Origin: Macrostomum lignano
Lineage: Eukaryota
Assembly: GCA_002269645.1 (NCBI GenBank)
Contig: NIVC01001604.1
Coordinates: 124,001 to 188,000 of the forward strand
Reading direction: 5' to 3'
DNA length: 64,000 bases
Shown: positions 48,395 through 58,852 of the stretch, piece after piece
Layout: every line of letters begins with the position of its first letter
How positions within the stretch are numbered: position 1 is the stretch's first letter
Translations under genes and position numbers: made by a program
The notes under the pieces: generated by a model
What the model was told of the DNA's origin: nothing
The model's database searches: none
Seen by the model: the letters and a program-made list of their open reading frames with translations, nothing else

Positions 48395-49423
48395 CTAGTC
48401 GTTGCAGCAGCGCGCAATCTTATTGCAGGAGTCTAGCACTAGTCTAGTCGTTCCACTGTCCACGTTCTTCGCCAGGTGAAGGACCGTCACCTGTGAGAAG
48501 AACTCCATGAAGTCTCGCACCTCCATCCAGTTTTGTCCATCAGCTCTTTTGACCAGCTCTACCTTGGACATCTGCTCGTTTGTCCAGTCCGGATCGAAAT
48601 CGCTCCACAGACCGCGCCACTCGACTCCAGCGAGCGGTCCCCAAGGGTTGCTGATGCGAATCAGGCTGACTGACCGGCCGTGTTGCTGGACTCTCTCCAC
48701 ACCAGTCACTGCGTAGGCATGGGACGGGCTCAATCCAACATTTTTGGATATCCGAAGGCTTTTGTCAGTTAGTCTGTTTTCAGACTTTGTCCCCGCTCCG
48801 ATCAGCAGTTTCTTAGCGACGCACTTTTCAAGGTAGCTGGAAACGAGCCACTCCTCGTTCGGATACCAGAAAAACCGCTCGCACACACCGCCTGTCAGGT
48901 TGGCCAGGCTTTCCAATATAAAGCCTCCTTCCAGAGCTTCGTAGCAGCCGTGCAGCTTGGCCAGAGCCTTCTCCAGCAGACAGACCCAGTATTCTCCCTT
49001 GTAAGGTCTGGCGTACACGGGCCCATCCTTGTCCGTGGGAAGCCGGTCGTCCACCATGATTTCCACCTCGCGTCCGAACGGTCTGAACCGGAAGCGGAAG
49101 GCACCGCGGTACTGGCTGCCGCTCATCACCTGGGCCTTGTTGACCATCTTGGCCATCAGGTCCTTCCGTTCGGTCAGGGCGGCAACGGACGCCAAAATCC
49201 AGCAGTTTCCTAACAGTCCCTGGTTGATGTCCGAGATGGAGAAGCCGTCTTTGATGAACTTCGCATTCGTTCCGTGAATTTCGCTAGGTCGACGCCACGT
49301 AAAGCCGCTCTTCTTCTCTGCGAACGAGATGGCTCGATCATCAGCTGGAAATTCGGGATCTTCAAACAGCTTCCCGGACTTTTGCAGATCGAGGATAATC
49401 TTTGCGTTCTGTACCACGTTCAT
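48395..49423 (-). CDS. Intronless calpain-like cysteine protease, catalytic (CysPc) domain only, 342 aa
   Basis: LFEDPEFPADD, QGLLGNCWILA (Cys), VDDRLP, WVCLLEKALAKLHGCYEAL, SHAYAV (His), ISNPWG (Asn). Confidence 0.9.
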   Translation of the reverse strand: MNVVQNAKIILDLQKSGKLFEDPEFPADDRAISFAEKKSGFTWRRPSEIHGTNAKFIKDGFSISDINQGLLGNCWILASVAALTERKDLMAKMVNKAQVMSGSQYRGAFRFRFRPFGREVEIMVDDRLPTDKDGPVYARPYKGEYWVCLLEKALAKLHGCYEALEGGFILESLANLTGGVCERFFWYPNEEWLVSSYLEKCVAKKLLIGAGTKSENRLTDKSLRISKNVGLSPSHAYAVTGVERVQQHGRSVSLIRISNPWGPLAGVEWRGLWSDFDPDWTNEQMSKVELVKRADGQNWMEVRDFMEFFSQVTVLHLAKNVDSGTTRLVLDSCNKIARCCND

Positions 49424-50232
49424 AGCTCTGCAAGAGTTTCTAAAAAGTAATCAGTTTTACTACGAGCGAATGTCTGTATAGCAAACTTCCAGTATCAAAA
49501 GTGTGGCTTTTATAAAGAAAGTCTCGTACGAGTACACTAGTTTTGTTAAAAAAATTGATAAACACTCCATTTTTGTTTATGCGCTCGACCTCAAAAAGTT
49601 CGCCTGACCATCTCGTGACTGCATGGTCGAGTGGGCCGATACACAACATATTTACTTCGCTCATACACCGTTTTGAGATGAATAGATGGTGGGGAGTCTG
49701 ACTCTTTGTCTCGTTGCATTTCTTTTCGTTTCCATTTTCTTTCTCGCTGCCTTCGTCGGTTACACAAGACAACCAGGAGTGCTTCCGCTGCTGACCTTCT
49801 GCAAGCCAATGACTTTATCTGTTTTCTGCCGCCTCCACTTCTTACCCAAAATGGAAAAAATTAAAAGCTGTTTTTCAGAAACGCAGTTTCAGTTTCTTTC
49901 TAGGGCAATCCAACTGCTTCACCGCGGTTCTAATTTTACCTCCAACCTTGCATATTCCCCAAACCTTAAGTCAAAATTGTCAAAACATAATAAACAAGAG
50001 TCGCTGTTGTGTATGAACTTAAGTTCTATGGTTTATGGGTGAAGCCTTATTCATATTTTAAGTATAGCAGCCAGCTACTTCGCTGCTAAAATATACGCGC
50101 TGCAGGCATCTACGATCTCTTCCTAATTCGGCATCTTGCATTCGTCTTCGTTACTACGAAAAGTACAACATGGCGACGAGGAAAATTTAATTTGCTGCGG
50201 GACGATACTGCAGTCACCAAATCTTCATCCCG

Positions 50233-51021
50233 ATGTCTTCCGGACTCGACTTCCGACTGGGGGAGATGCCGCTGTGCTACCCCGATGTCGAACAGTATTT
50301 CAAGCGCCTCGGTTTTTACATTTGCGCAACGGAAAAGAATGACCAGAGCAAAGCCGTTCTACTTGCTACATGTGGAGATGCCGCATTTTCACTGATTGAG
50401 ACACTTGTGCAGCCAGAAGACATTTTAAACGATACAAAGTGTACGTTCGATTTCATCAAAGAAGCGGTACTGAGCCACTTGAAACCCAAGCGCCTTCTTC
50501 ACTACGACAGACATCTGCTACATACCATGATCCAAATACAGGGTGAGTCGGTGACAAAGTTTTTGGAGAGACTGAAGACACAGGCCAACAAATGCGAATT
50601 CGGCAACCTGCGAGAAGAGTTAATTCTTTCTCAGTATATTTTCGGACTGGCTGATAATTCTCTGAAGCAAAAATTACTAGTGAAGGAAAAACTGGATCTA
50701 GAGACTGCGGTTAAGGATAGTCTCTTATCGGAGTCCGTATCTCAAGCTACTGATTCGAGCAAAACCGTCGCATCAGTGCAGAAAACCACTCACAAGAAGA
50801 CCGGCAGCAACCAAAAGTATCCAACGGTATCCAGGCCAATGCCAACAACGCCGAATCATTCTAAGTCTAGCTGCCATTCCTGTGGTAACCCGGGTCATCT
50901 TAGAAATACCTGCAAGTTCCGTAATGCGACATGTCACAAGTGCGGAAAAACCGGGCACATTGCCAGAGCATGCAGGTCCAACATCGGTGGCAGCAAGAAA
51001 AGTCACGTACGCGGAAGTTGA
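50233..51021 (+). CDS. gag: Gag with two CCHC zinc knuckles
   Basis: CHSCGNPGHLRNTC and CHKCGKTGHIARAC (CX2CX4HX4C). Confidence 0.9.
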   Translation: MSSGLDFRLGEMPLCYPDVEQYFKRLGFYICATEKNDQSKAVLLATCGDAAFSLIETLVQPEDILNDTKCTFDFIKEAVLSHLKPKRLLHYDRHLLHTMIQIQGESVTKFLERLKTQANKCEFGNLREELILSQYIFGLADNSLKQKLLVKEKLDLETAVKDSLLSESVSQATDSSKTVASVQKTTHKKTGSNQKYPTVSRPMPTTPNHSKSSCHSCGNPGHLRNTCKFRNATCHKCGKTGHIARACRSNIGGSKKSHVRGS

Positions 51022-54000
51022 AGCAACCGACGCTGATCCACCTGATTCAGCTGTGTACTCGGTGATCAAGGCTACTCCATGCGACGAACTCTGGAAAATA
51101 GTCTGCACGATCGGTGATTCCACAGTCCATATGTGCGTCGACTCTGGTAGTCAGGTAACAATTTTGCCAGTAACCATCGTAGAGCAAGCCGGATTGCACA
51201 TGGTTGACGCGGACATTCGATCACTCAAAGTTTTCGGGGGAGCTTCAGTTTCCGTACGAGGCATGGCTAAGGACGTCACGATTGAGCTGAGAAACGGCAA
51301 AACGGCATGCGGAGACATATATGTCGGGGACCCATCTAGTCAAGCCATTTTGGGAATAAATTTTATTCGTGCCTTCAACCTATTGACGGTAGACGAATTT
51401 CTGTGCCATCCAGTGCAGTGTGATAAAAATTTAAGATTCCAGGCCAGCTTTCGCCTGAAGGACGGGGCCTCTACCGATGGAATGTGCTTTCCTTCCAGAT
51501 CCCTTCCGTTCTCGATTAAAACTTTGGTTGAACTGGAGCTGAAAAGACTGGAAAGTGCAGGTATCATCTACCCAGTTCACTCGCCTAAGGTATCGTGCCC
51601 TATTGTTCCTGTGTTGAAACCAGAAGGATCAAAGAGACCCATTAGACTGTGTGGAGACTATTCAGTCACTCTCAACAGACTGATAGACCGAGATCGATAT
51701 CGACTGCCAACTTTGAAAGAAATCCTTCAAAAGATCCCAAATTCGAAAGTGTATTCAGTGCTCGACCTCGAAGACGCATTCTTGCAGATTCCCCTAACGC
51801 CAGAAAGTCAAGATCTTACGTGTATTTCCACCCACGTAGGACATTTTGCCTTCCGCAAGTTACAATTTGGGATATCGGCAGCACCACTGATATTTCAGGA
51901 AGTTATGGATATCTTGCTCAAAGGAATACCAGGCACTGCTTCTTATCAGGACGACATCATTCTAGGCACTGAAACAGTGGAGCAGCATCGACAGATCCTG
52001 GTGCAAGTCAAGGAAAAACTGAAAAAGCATGGATACAAGATCAATGAGCGTAAGACTCAGGAGTGCAAGAAAGAAGTCACATTTCTGGGATTTCTCCTCC
52101 GAGATGGGAAACTTTTGCCTGATCCTGCAAGAGTGGAAGCTCTATCCAACTTGTCAGAGCCAAAAGACCGGGATCAATTGAGAAGTGCTATATGCACCTT
52201 AAGACACTACGGGATTTTTTGTCCGAACTTCTCTATGATCGCCAAGCCGCTCTATTACCTCCTAAAGAAAGGGGTTCAGTGGAAATGGACTGTCGTTCAC
52301 TCAAGTGCGTTCTCCCAACTAAAAGCTGCTGTAACGGAAGGTCGAATCGTTTCTTATGATATAAAAAGGCCGTTGTTTCTAACCTGCGACGCTTCTCAGA
52401 GTGGAGTCGGATTTGTGCTGTCCCACGACACGAACCAAAAAGAAGTTGTATGGCTGGGAAGCAGAGTTTTGACCAAGGCTGAGGCCAACTACGCCAACAT
52501 TGAGCGGGAGGCTCTTGCAATTATCGAGGGTGTAAAATATTTTCATCAATTTCTGGCAGGCCGTCATTTTACAATCATCTCTGATCACAGACCTTTGCAG
52601 TACATCTTCTCTACAACGAAAGTTCCTGACCGAGTTTCTGCGAGACTCCAGAGATGGGCATTGCTGCTCAGATCCTATGACTACACTGTCACTTACTCAA
52701 AAGGAGACACCATGCTCGCAGCAGATACTCTGTCCAGAATTCCTTCAACAAACGCTTCTACTTCGTTTTCAAATTTTGATGTCAATCTGCTGGAGGTAAA
52801 CTCTCTCGTAGAATTTTCTTCTTCTGGGACAATTCTTCGGCGTGTCGCCAACACCAGAGACCCTGAAATTGATACTATCAAGAAGTTTGTTACTCAAGGT
52901 TGGCCAAGCTACATTTCTAAACAGCTGCTTCCGTACACCAAATCCAAGGCGGAATACTCCATTCAAAACGGGATTCTGTTCAAAGGAATCCGAATCGTGC
53001 CTCCAAAGTCCATGCGCAGAGAAATTCTTCAAATTCTTCACGAGAATCATCCGGGCATTGTGCGCATGATCAGACTAGCTCGAGAGTACTTCTGGTGGCC
53101 TTACATTGACGCCCAGATCAATAGCTTCGTTCAAAGGTGTCCTTCCTGCCAACTAAATTCGAGAAAGCGAACAAATGCAAATTTGCATTCATGGGAAGAT
53201 GCAAAGTTCTTCTTCGAACGTGTTCATCTGGACATAGCATATTTCAAGGAGAAACACTTCTTGGTTCTCATCGACTCCTTCTCTCGGTGGATTGATGTAC
53301 ATCAGCTGTCCAATCTCACAGCCAACTCTCTTATTCCAGCATGCAGACGAACATTTAAGTACATGGGACTTCCAACGTGCATTGTGACTGACAATGGAAC
53401 CAATTTTCGATCAAAAGAGTTCGCAGAATTTCTCAAGAAGAATCTAATTAACCATGTCTTAACACCACCTGGTCATCACCAGTCAAATGGGATTGTGGAA
53501 AGAGCTATCCAAGAGTTGAAAGTGACTCTGAAGCAGAACAGTAATGACATAGGTTCCGAATGTGAGAAGGTGTTGATATCATTCTGCCTTTCGAAGAACA
53601 CTACACCGAATTCCGAAGGAGCGATTCCTGCTGCACAACTGTTTATGCAACGCCCAAGAACGCGCCTCACTGCAACCTTTACAGAATGGGACAAACCGCT
53701 AACTACCCCAATTCCTGTCTACATCAACGTAGAAGGAAAGTCAGACAAGGTCCCAGAAGAAATCCAAGGACTTCATGGATCAAATACCTACTTGGACAGC
53801 AAAGGACGGGTTGTCCATGCATCTGATGCAACGCCAAGGACTACAGAGAACTCACAAGAGATTACCTCGCCTGGACCTGCCAATGTTGGCAGCAGCAATG
53901 ATAAGGAAATGGAAACTACGACTCCTGCTGAAGTGGAGACAACCAGCGATCAAAGTCCCGAGTACCAAGTTTGTCGTCGAAGTCAGAGGCTCCGAAAAGC

Positions 54001-54025
54001 CCCTGATCGGCTGACCTATTCCTGA
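50882..54025 (+). CDS. pol: Pol (aspartic protease, RT, RNase H, integrase); +1 frame relative to gag, true junction probably near 51000
   Basis: VDSGSQVTI, LDLEDAFLQI, SYQDDII, CDASQSGVG, EREALAI, HENH...RCPSC, VHLD, TDNG, VERAI; no stops. Confidence 0.93.
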   Translation: MVTRVILEIPASSVMRHVTSAEKPGTLPEHAGPTSVAARKVTYAEVEATDADPPDSAVYSVIKATPCDELWKIVCTIGDSTVHMCVDSGSQVTILPVTIVEQAGLHMVDADIRSLKVFGGASVSVRGMAKDVTIELRNGKTACGDIYVGDPSSQAILGINFIRAFNLLTVDEFLCHPVQCDKNLRFQASFRLKDGASTDGMCFPSRSLPFSIKTLVELELKRLESAGIIYPVHSPKVSCPIVPVLKPEGSKRPIRLCGDYSVTLNRLIDRDRYRLPTLKEILQKIPNSKVYSVLDLEDAFLQIPLTPESQDLTCISTHVGHFAFRKLQFGISAAPLIFQEVMDILLKGIPGTASYQDDIILGTETVEQHRQILVQVKEKLKKHGYKINERKTQECKKEVTFLGFLLRDGKLLPDPARVEALSNLSEPKDRDQLRSAICTLRHYGIFCPNFSMIAKPLYYLLKKGVQWKWTVVHSSAFSQLKAAVTEGRIVSYDIKRPLFLTCDASQSGVGFVLSHDTNQKEVVWLGSRVLTKAEANYANIEREALAIIEGVKYFHQFLAGRHFTIISDHRPLQYIFSTTKVPDRVSARLQRWALLLRSYDYTVTYSKGDTMLAADTLSRIPSTNASTSFSNFDVNLLEVNSLVEFSSSGTILRRVANTRDPEIDTIKKFVTQGWPSYISKQLLPYTKSKAEYSIQNGILFKGIRIVPPKSMRREILQILHENHPGIVRMIRLAREYFWWPYIDAQINSFVQRCPSCQLNSRKRTNANLHSWEDAKFFFERVHLDIAYFKEKHFLVLIDSFSRWIDVHQLSNLTANSLIPACRRTFKYMGLPTCIVTDNGTNFRSKEFAEFLKKNLINHVLTPPGHHQSNGIVERAIQELKVTLKQNSNDIGSECEKVLISFCLSKNTTPNSEGAIPAAQLFMQRPRTRLTATFTEWDKPLTTPIPVYINVEGKSDKVPEEIQGLHGSNTYLDSKGRVVHASDATPRTTENSQEITSPGPANVGSSNDKEMETTTPAEVETTSDQSPEYQVCRRSQRLRKAPDRLTYS

Positions 54026-54483
54026 TTTATTTGATCGTTAGACAAAATAGAAAACAGTCATTTATTTCTCTCCAGGTTAATTGCTAAAATGTGGGAGTGT
54101 TGTGTATGAACTTAAGTTCTATGGTTTATGGGTGAAGCCTTATTCATATTTTAAGTATAGCAGCCAGCTACTTCGCTGCTAAAATATACGCGCTGCAGGC
54201 ATCTACGATCTCTTCCTAATTCGGCATCTTGCATTCGTCTTCGTTACTACGAAAAGTACAACAGTCGCATCACGCCACTGCATCGAAATGAAAACATTGC
54301 ACTGTTCTGTTCTATTACATTATCTGCTTGCGAGAAATTCTTTCTACCCCTTACCATCAACACTCACTTGCATCATTATAAAAGTGCCGCCTCTTTCTGT
54401 CTCCAATTCCAATGCATCAAGTCGGTTCACTACAAAACCTCTTATTTCCGTTTCATAACGTTTCCTGTTAGAAGCTGCTCAAA

Positions 54484-55803
54484 ATGAAAATTGAGCGCAA
54501 CGAGGCCATCGTTCAGCAACTCCGCAAATCTGGCAAGCTGTACGTGGACAGTGAGTTCCCCGCCGATGACAGCTCGATCGCCTACTCAAAACGAGTAAAT
54601 CGACAAATTATGTGGCTCCGGCCGCCTCAGATTAGCTCAAGTGCGGAGTTCGTGAAGGACGGATTTTCCAAGTTTGACGTCAACCAGTTCGGCCGCAGCG
54701 ACTGCTGGATTCTGGCTCCGCTGGCGGCGCTGGCTGAGAAGCCCAATCTCATTTCCATGGTTGTCGTGGACGGCCAGTCGATGAACAAATACAAGGGCTA
54801 CTGCGGAGCCTTTCGCTTTCGGTTCCGACCGTTTGGCCAACTTGTTGAGGTGATGGTGGACGACCGACTGCCGACCGTAGGTGGTCGTCCAGCGTTTGTC
54901 CAGGCGTTCAACAACGAGTTCTGGGTGTGTCTGCTGGAGAAGGCGTGCGCTAAGCTGCTGGGCTGCTACGATTCGCTGGAATTCGGAGATCCTACGGACG
55001 CATTGGCGGACATGGTCGGTGGAGTTGGCCAGATTTGTACCTGGCCACCATTCAACGTGTTCCAGCTGCCGATGTACATGAAGAAGAGCCTAGATCAGGG
55101 CTCAGTGGTTTGCGCCGGTACTCCAAAAATGTCAACTTACAATTCTACCAGAGTCGTGGACTGCTTCCATACCATATTTACACTGTGACTGCATGGTGTC
55201 GATGTGGTTCAACAGGGGCAAGTGACGCTCATCCGAGTCGGAAATCCGTGGGGTCCAGTAAGGCCGATGGGGTGGAGGGGAAACTGGTCCGACTTCGATC
55301 CCAAGTGGACGCCTGAAGACAAGGCCAGGCTGAATCTCGTCAGCTGACCAGACGGAGAGAACTGGATGAGCGCTCAAGACTTCTTCCGATTTTTCAATAG
55401 TGTGTTAATCATGCACCTGCCGAAGGAACTTGGCGGCAACTAGAATTGCCAGGACTTCTATGGCGAGTGGAACTCTGGCATTCCGACAAACAGCCAATAC
55501 CCGGTTGCTCTGACGGACTCACCACTAGACAGTGACCAGATGGCCTCGTGCTTTGTCAGTCTGGAAGAGCCAGACCGGAGGAGTCTGCCACCGCAACACC
55601 GACCCTACGTGCGGAAGGGCATGTTGGTCTTCCAAGCTGGACAAATGCGCTTTCCGGTGCAGCAGGTCGTCCAGCCATGGACGGGCAGGACTATGACCAA
55701 CTGGTTCGTACTGCCGCCGGGACGCTACGTTCTGGTGCAGAGGTACCTCACGCCGCTGAGAAGTTCGAGCCTGAAGTTCCACCTGCGCATCCTTACCGAG
55801 TAA
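54484..55803 (+). pseudogene. Intronless calpain pseudogene (CysPc plus partial domain III)
   Basis: GRSDCWILA, VDDRLP, WVCLLEKA; His motif YHIYTVT lies in another frame; TGA at 55186 and 55345 and TAG at 55441 interrupt the frame carrying GNPWG and LPPGRYVLV. Confidence 0.85.
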
Positions 55804-56164
55804 CTTAATTTATCGTCGCGTCAAGTTGGTGTCCGAGGAGTAGAACTTTATTTAGTTATCATCCGTTTTAAATATTTTATTAGACTCGACGCTCTTCTTC
55901 CTGTCAAGAATTTTTGTTTGCGAACTCGAGATGTATCAAAATCTGAACATTAATATCGTAGAACCTTGATACGCTCGGATTCCCTATACTCAAGCTATAG
56001 CTATGTATCAGTGTGCTAAATTCTACCACTCGTTTTACTCGAATTTGAAGCAAAATTGCTTGCATCGTTCTTACCAATCAAATTTACCAGTTTTCACACC
56101 CGACCGTAGTAAGAGTTTTATTGGCTAAAATATTCCCTGCTTGTTTTTCTTCAAACTTGACCAA

Positions 56165-56872
56165 CTCCTCCCGCATTCCCTCAGCTGCCCTCCCGCATTC
56201 ACTCAGCTGCCCTCCCGCATTCACTCAGCTGCCCTCCCGCATTCACTCAGCTGCCCTCCCGAATTCTCTCAGCTGCCTCTCCTGCATTCCCTCAGCTGCC
56301 TCTCCTGCATTCACTCAGCTGCCCCTCCCGCATTCACTCAGCTGCCTCTCCTGCATTCACTCAGCTGCCTCTCCTGCATTCACTCAGCTGCCCCTCCCGC
56401 ATTCACTCAGCTGCCTCTCCTGCATTCACTCAGCTGCCCCTCCCGAATTCCCTCAGCTGCCTCTCCTGCATTCACTCAGCTGCCTCTCCTGCATTCACTC
56501 AGCTGCCCTCCTGCATTCACTCAGCTGTTCTCCTGCATTCACTCAGCTGTTCTCCTGCATTCACTCAGCTGCCCTCCCGAATTCCCTCAGCTGCCTCTCC
56601 TGCATTCACTCAGCTGCCCTCCTGCATTCACTCAGCTGCCCTCCTGCATTCACTCAGCTGCCCTCCCGAATTCCCTCAGCTGCCCCTCCCTGCATTCACT
56701 CAGCTGCCCTCCTGCATTCACTCAGCTGCCCCTCCCTGCATTCACTCAGCTGCCCTCCTGCATTCACTCAGCTGCCCTCCTGCATTCACTCAGCTGCCCC
56801 TCCCTGCATTCACTCAGCTGCCCTCCTGCATTCACTCAGCTGCCCTCCTGCATTCACTCAGCTGCCCTCCTG
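56165..56872. repeat. 22-bp minisatellite (GCATTCACTCAGCTGCCCTCCY family)
   Basis: Same unit as 43345-43625. Confidence 0.95.
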
Positions 56873-56936
56873 ATCCACTCCTACTCTTAATGAAAGCAGG
56901 TGTCAACCTATTTTAATCGCGTTCAATTCTGATACA

Positions 56937-57575
56937 GCATGTACTCAGACTGTAGACAAAGAGCAGCTCATTATTCATCAATGCTCAAGCAAAGCAGGCA
57001 AACCTCTATGGAGCTGCTGCAAGTAGTCACTTTGGCTTAGGCTTAACAAAAGTTTCTGTAAACATTAAAAATCAATACTTTGTCTACACTAATTGAATGC
57101 GGTGGTCTCTTTTAAGGCTACTACAAGTAGTGTTTGTGAATTTGCAACGATCTTCAAAGTCAAGAAGCGAAACTCGAAAATTTGTTTTAGTGAAAATGTT
57201 TCTTTAAAAATCAAAAAGAAAATCCGCTTAAATATTAATTTAATTTTGTTTAAATTTTCGCGCCTCTTAGGGCCAGGCCGGAGCGGCAGAATCAGCGATA
57301 AGAGACTCGCACAGCCATGAAGGCAAAAACCTGGCACTCGGGTGGCTGGGGAAAAACTTGACCGATTTCAATAAAAGTACAAACTGTTCAAGGATATGCA
57401 AAAATGTAAATATAAAATCGGAGTGAATAAAACTGGTTAATTCGGAATTATTGGCACCTTAAAACGGTTGCTACGCAATTAATAAGGTAGGCAATCAATA
57501 AATATGCCAATATTGAGCTGCGGGAAGGCAGTCTGGAATAGAAATTATTGGGAAATATCTGCGACGGGATGAGTT
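56937..57575 (+). repeat. Diverged dispersed repeat, copy 2 (homologous to 47505-48140)
   Basis: Colinear similarity in the same orientation. Confidence 0.8.
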
Positions 57576-57645
57576 TTGGAAGCCTTGCGAAGTTCACGAA
57601 ATAAGTTGGAAGGCGTCACTGACAAGGGCGCGGACTGAGTGGGAA

Positions 57646-57666
57646 ACAGACAGACAGACAGACAGG

Positions 57667-57712
<46 letters not shown>

Positions 57713-57713
57713 C

Positions 57714-57764
<51 letters not shown>

Positions 57765-57862
57765 GCCAGACAGACAGACAGACAGCCAGACAGACAGACA
57801 GACAGAGAGACCGACAGACAGACAGAAAGACAGACGGGCAGACAGACAGACAGACAGACGGG

Positions 57863-57923
<61 letters not shown>

Positions 57924-57950
57924 GGGCAGACAGACAGACAGACAGACGGG

Positions 57951-58011
<61 letters not shown>

Positions 58012-58195
58012 GGGCAGACAGACAGACAGACAGACAGACAGCCAGACAGACAGACAGACAGAGAGACCGACAGACAGACAGAAAGACAGACGGGCAGACA
58101 GACAGACAGACAGACGGGCAGACAGACAGACAGACAGACAGCCAGACAGACAGACAGACAGAGAGACCGACAGACAGACAGACAGACAGACGGGC

Positions 58196-58227
<32 letters not shown>

Positions 58228-58231
58228 GGGC

Positions 58232-58264
<33 letters not shown>

Positions 58265-58291
58265 CTAAGACAGACAGACAGACAGACGGGC

Positions 58292-58345
<54 letters not shown>

Positions 58346-58390
58346 GCAGACAGACAGACGGGCAGACAGACAGACAGACAGACAGACAGG

Positions 58391-58428
<38 letters not shown>

Positions 58429-58455
58429 AACAGACAGGCAGACAGACAGACGGGC

Positions 58456-58503
<48 letters not shown>

Positions 58504-58539
58504 GGGCAGACAGACAGACGGGCAGACAGACAGACGGGC

Positions 58540-58572
<33 letters not shown>
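57646..58572. repeat. (CAGA)n microsatellite with higher-order variant blocks
   Basis: About 0.9-kb run. Confidence 0.97.
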
Positions 58573-58574
<2 letters not shown>

Positions 58575-58852
58575 ACAACAGAAAAAGCAGAAAAATAACG
58601 GCAAGAGCCGCGGCCTACGATGGCTTACCTTGACCCACACTGAGGCGGACACGGAGACAGTTAAAAGTAAAGATAAACAGTGAAAGCAGATAATGTAAGA
58701 AATTCAGCGCCTAATGAACTTAGTAAAGCCAGTTGTCGGCAGAACTCAGACCAGAAGATCAGCATCGCAAACTGTCAAGTAATTTCAATATTGACACAAA
58801 GCAAATCGAATAGCAGCAGCCCAATCTCGGGCCTCTGAAGCCAGGAGTCTCC

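Larger units (their letters stand above)
50005..54263 (+). mobile_element. Ty3/Gypsy LTR retrotransposon (Mag-like), full length, 4259 bp, very recent
   Basis: LTRs at 50005-50170 and 54098-54263 (166 bp, TG...CA, identical on reading), TSD GTCGC (50000-50004 and 54264-54268), PBS TGGCGACGAGG at 50171, purine-rich PPT before 54098; domain order PR-RT-RH-IN. Confidence 0.96.

Noticed and set aside
19339-55803. MVP, dehydratase, USP and calpains as a functional stress or defence cluster
   Set aside because: Mixed orientations, unrelated families and no shared motif seen; adjacency alone is not evidence in an animal genome.
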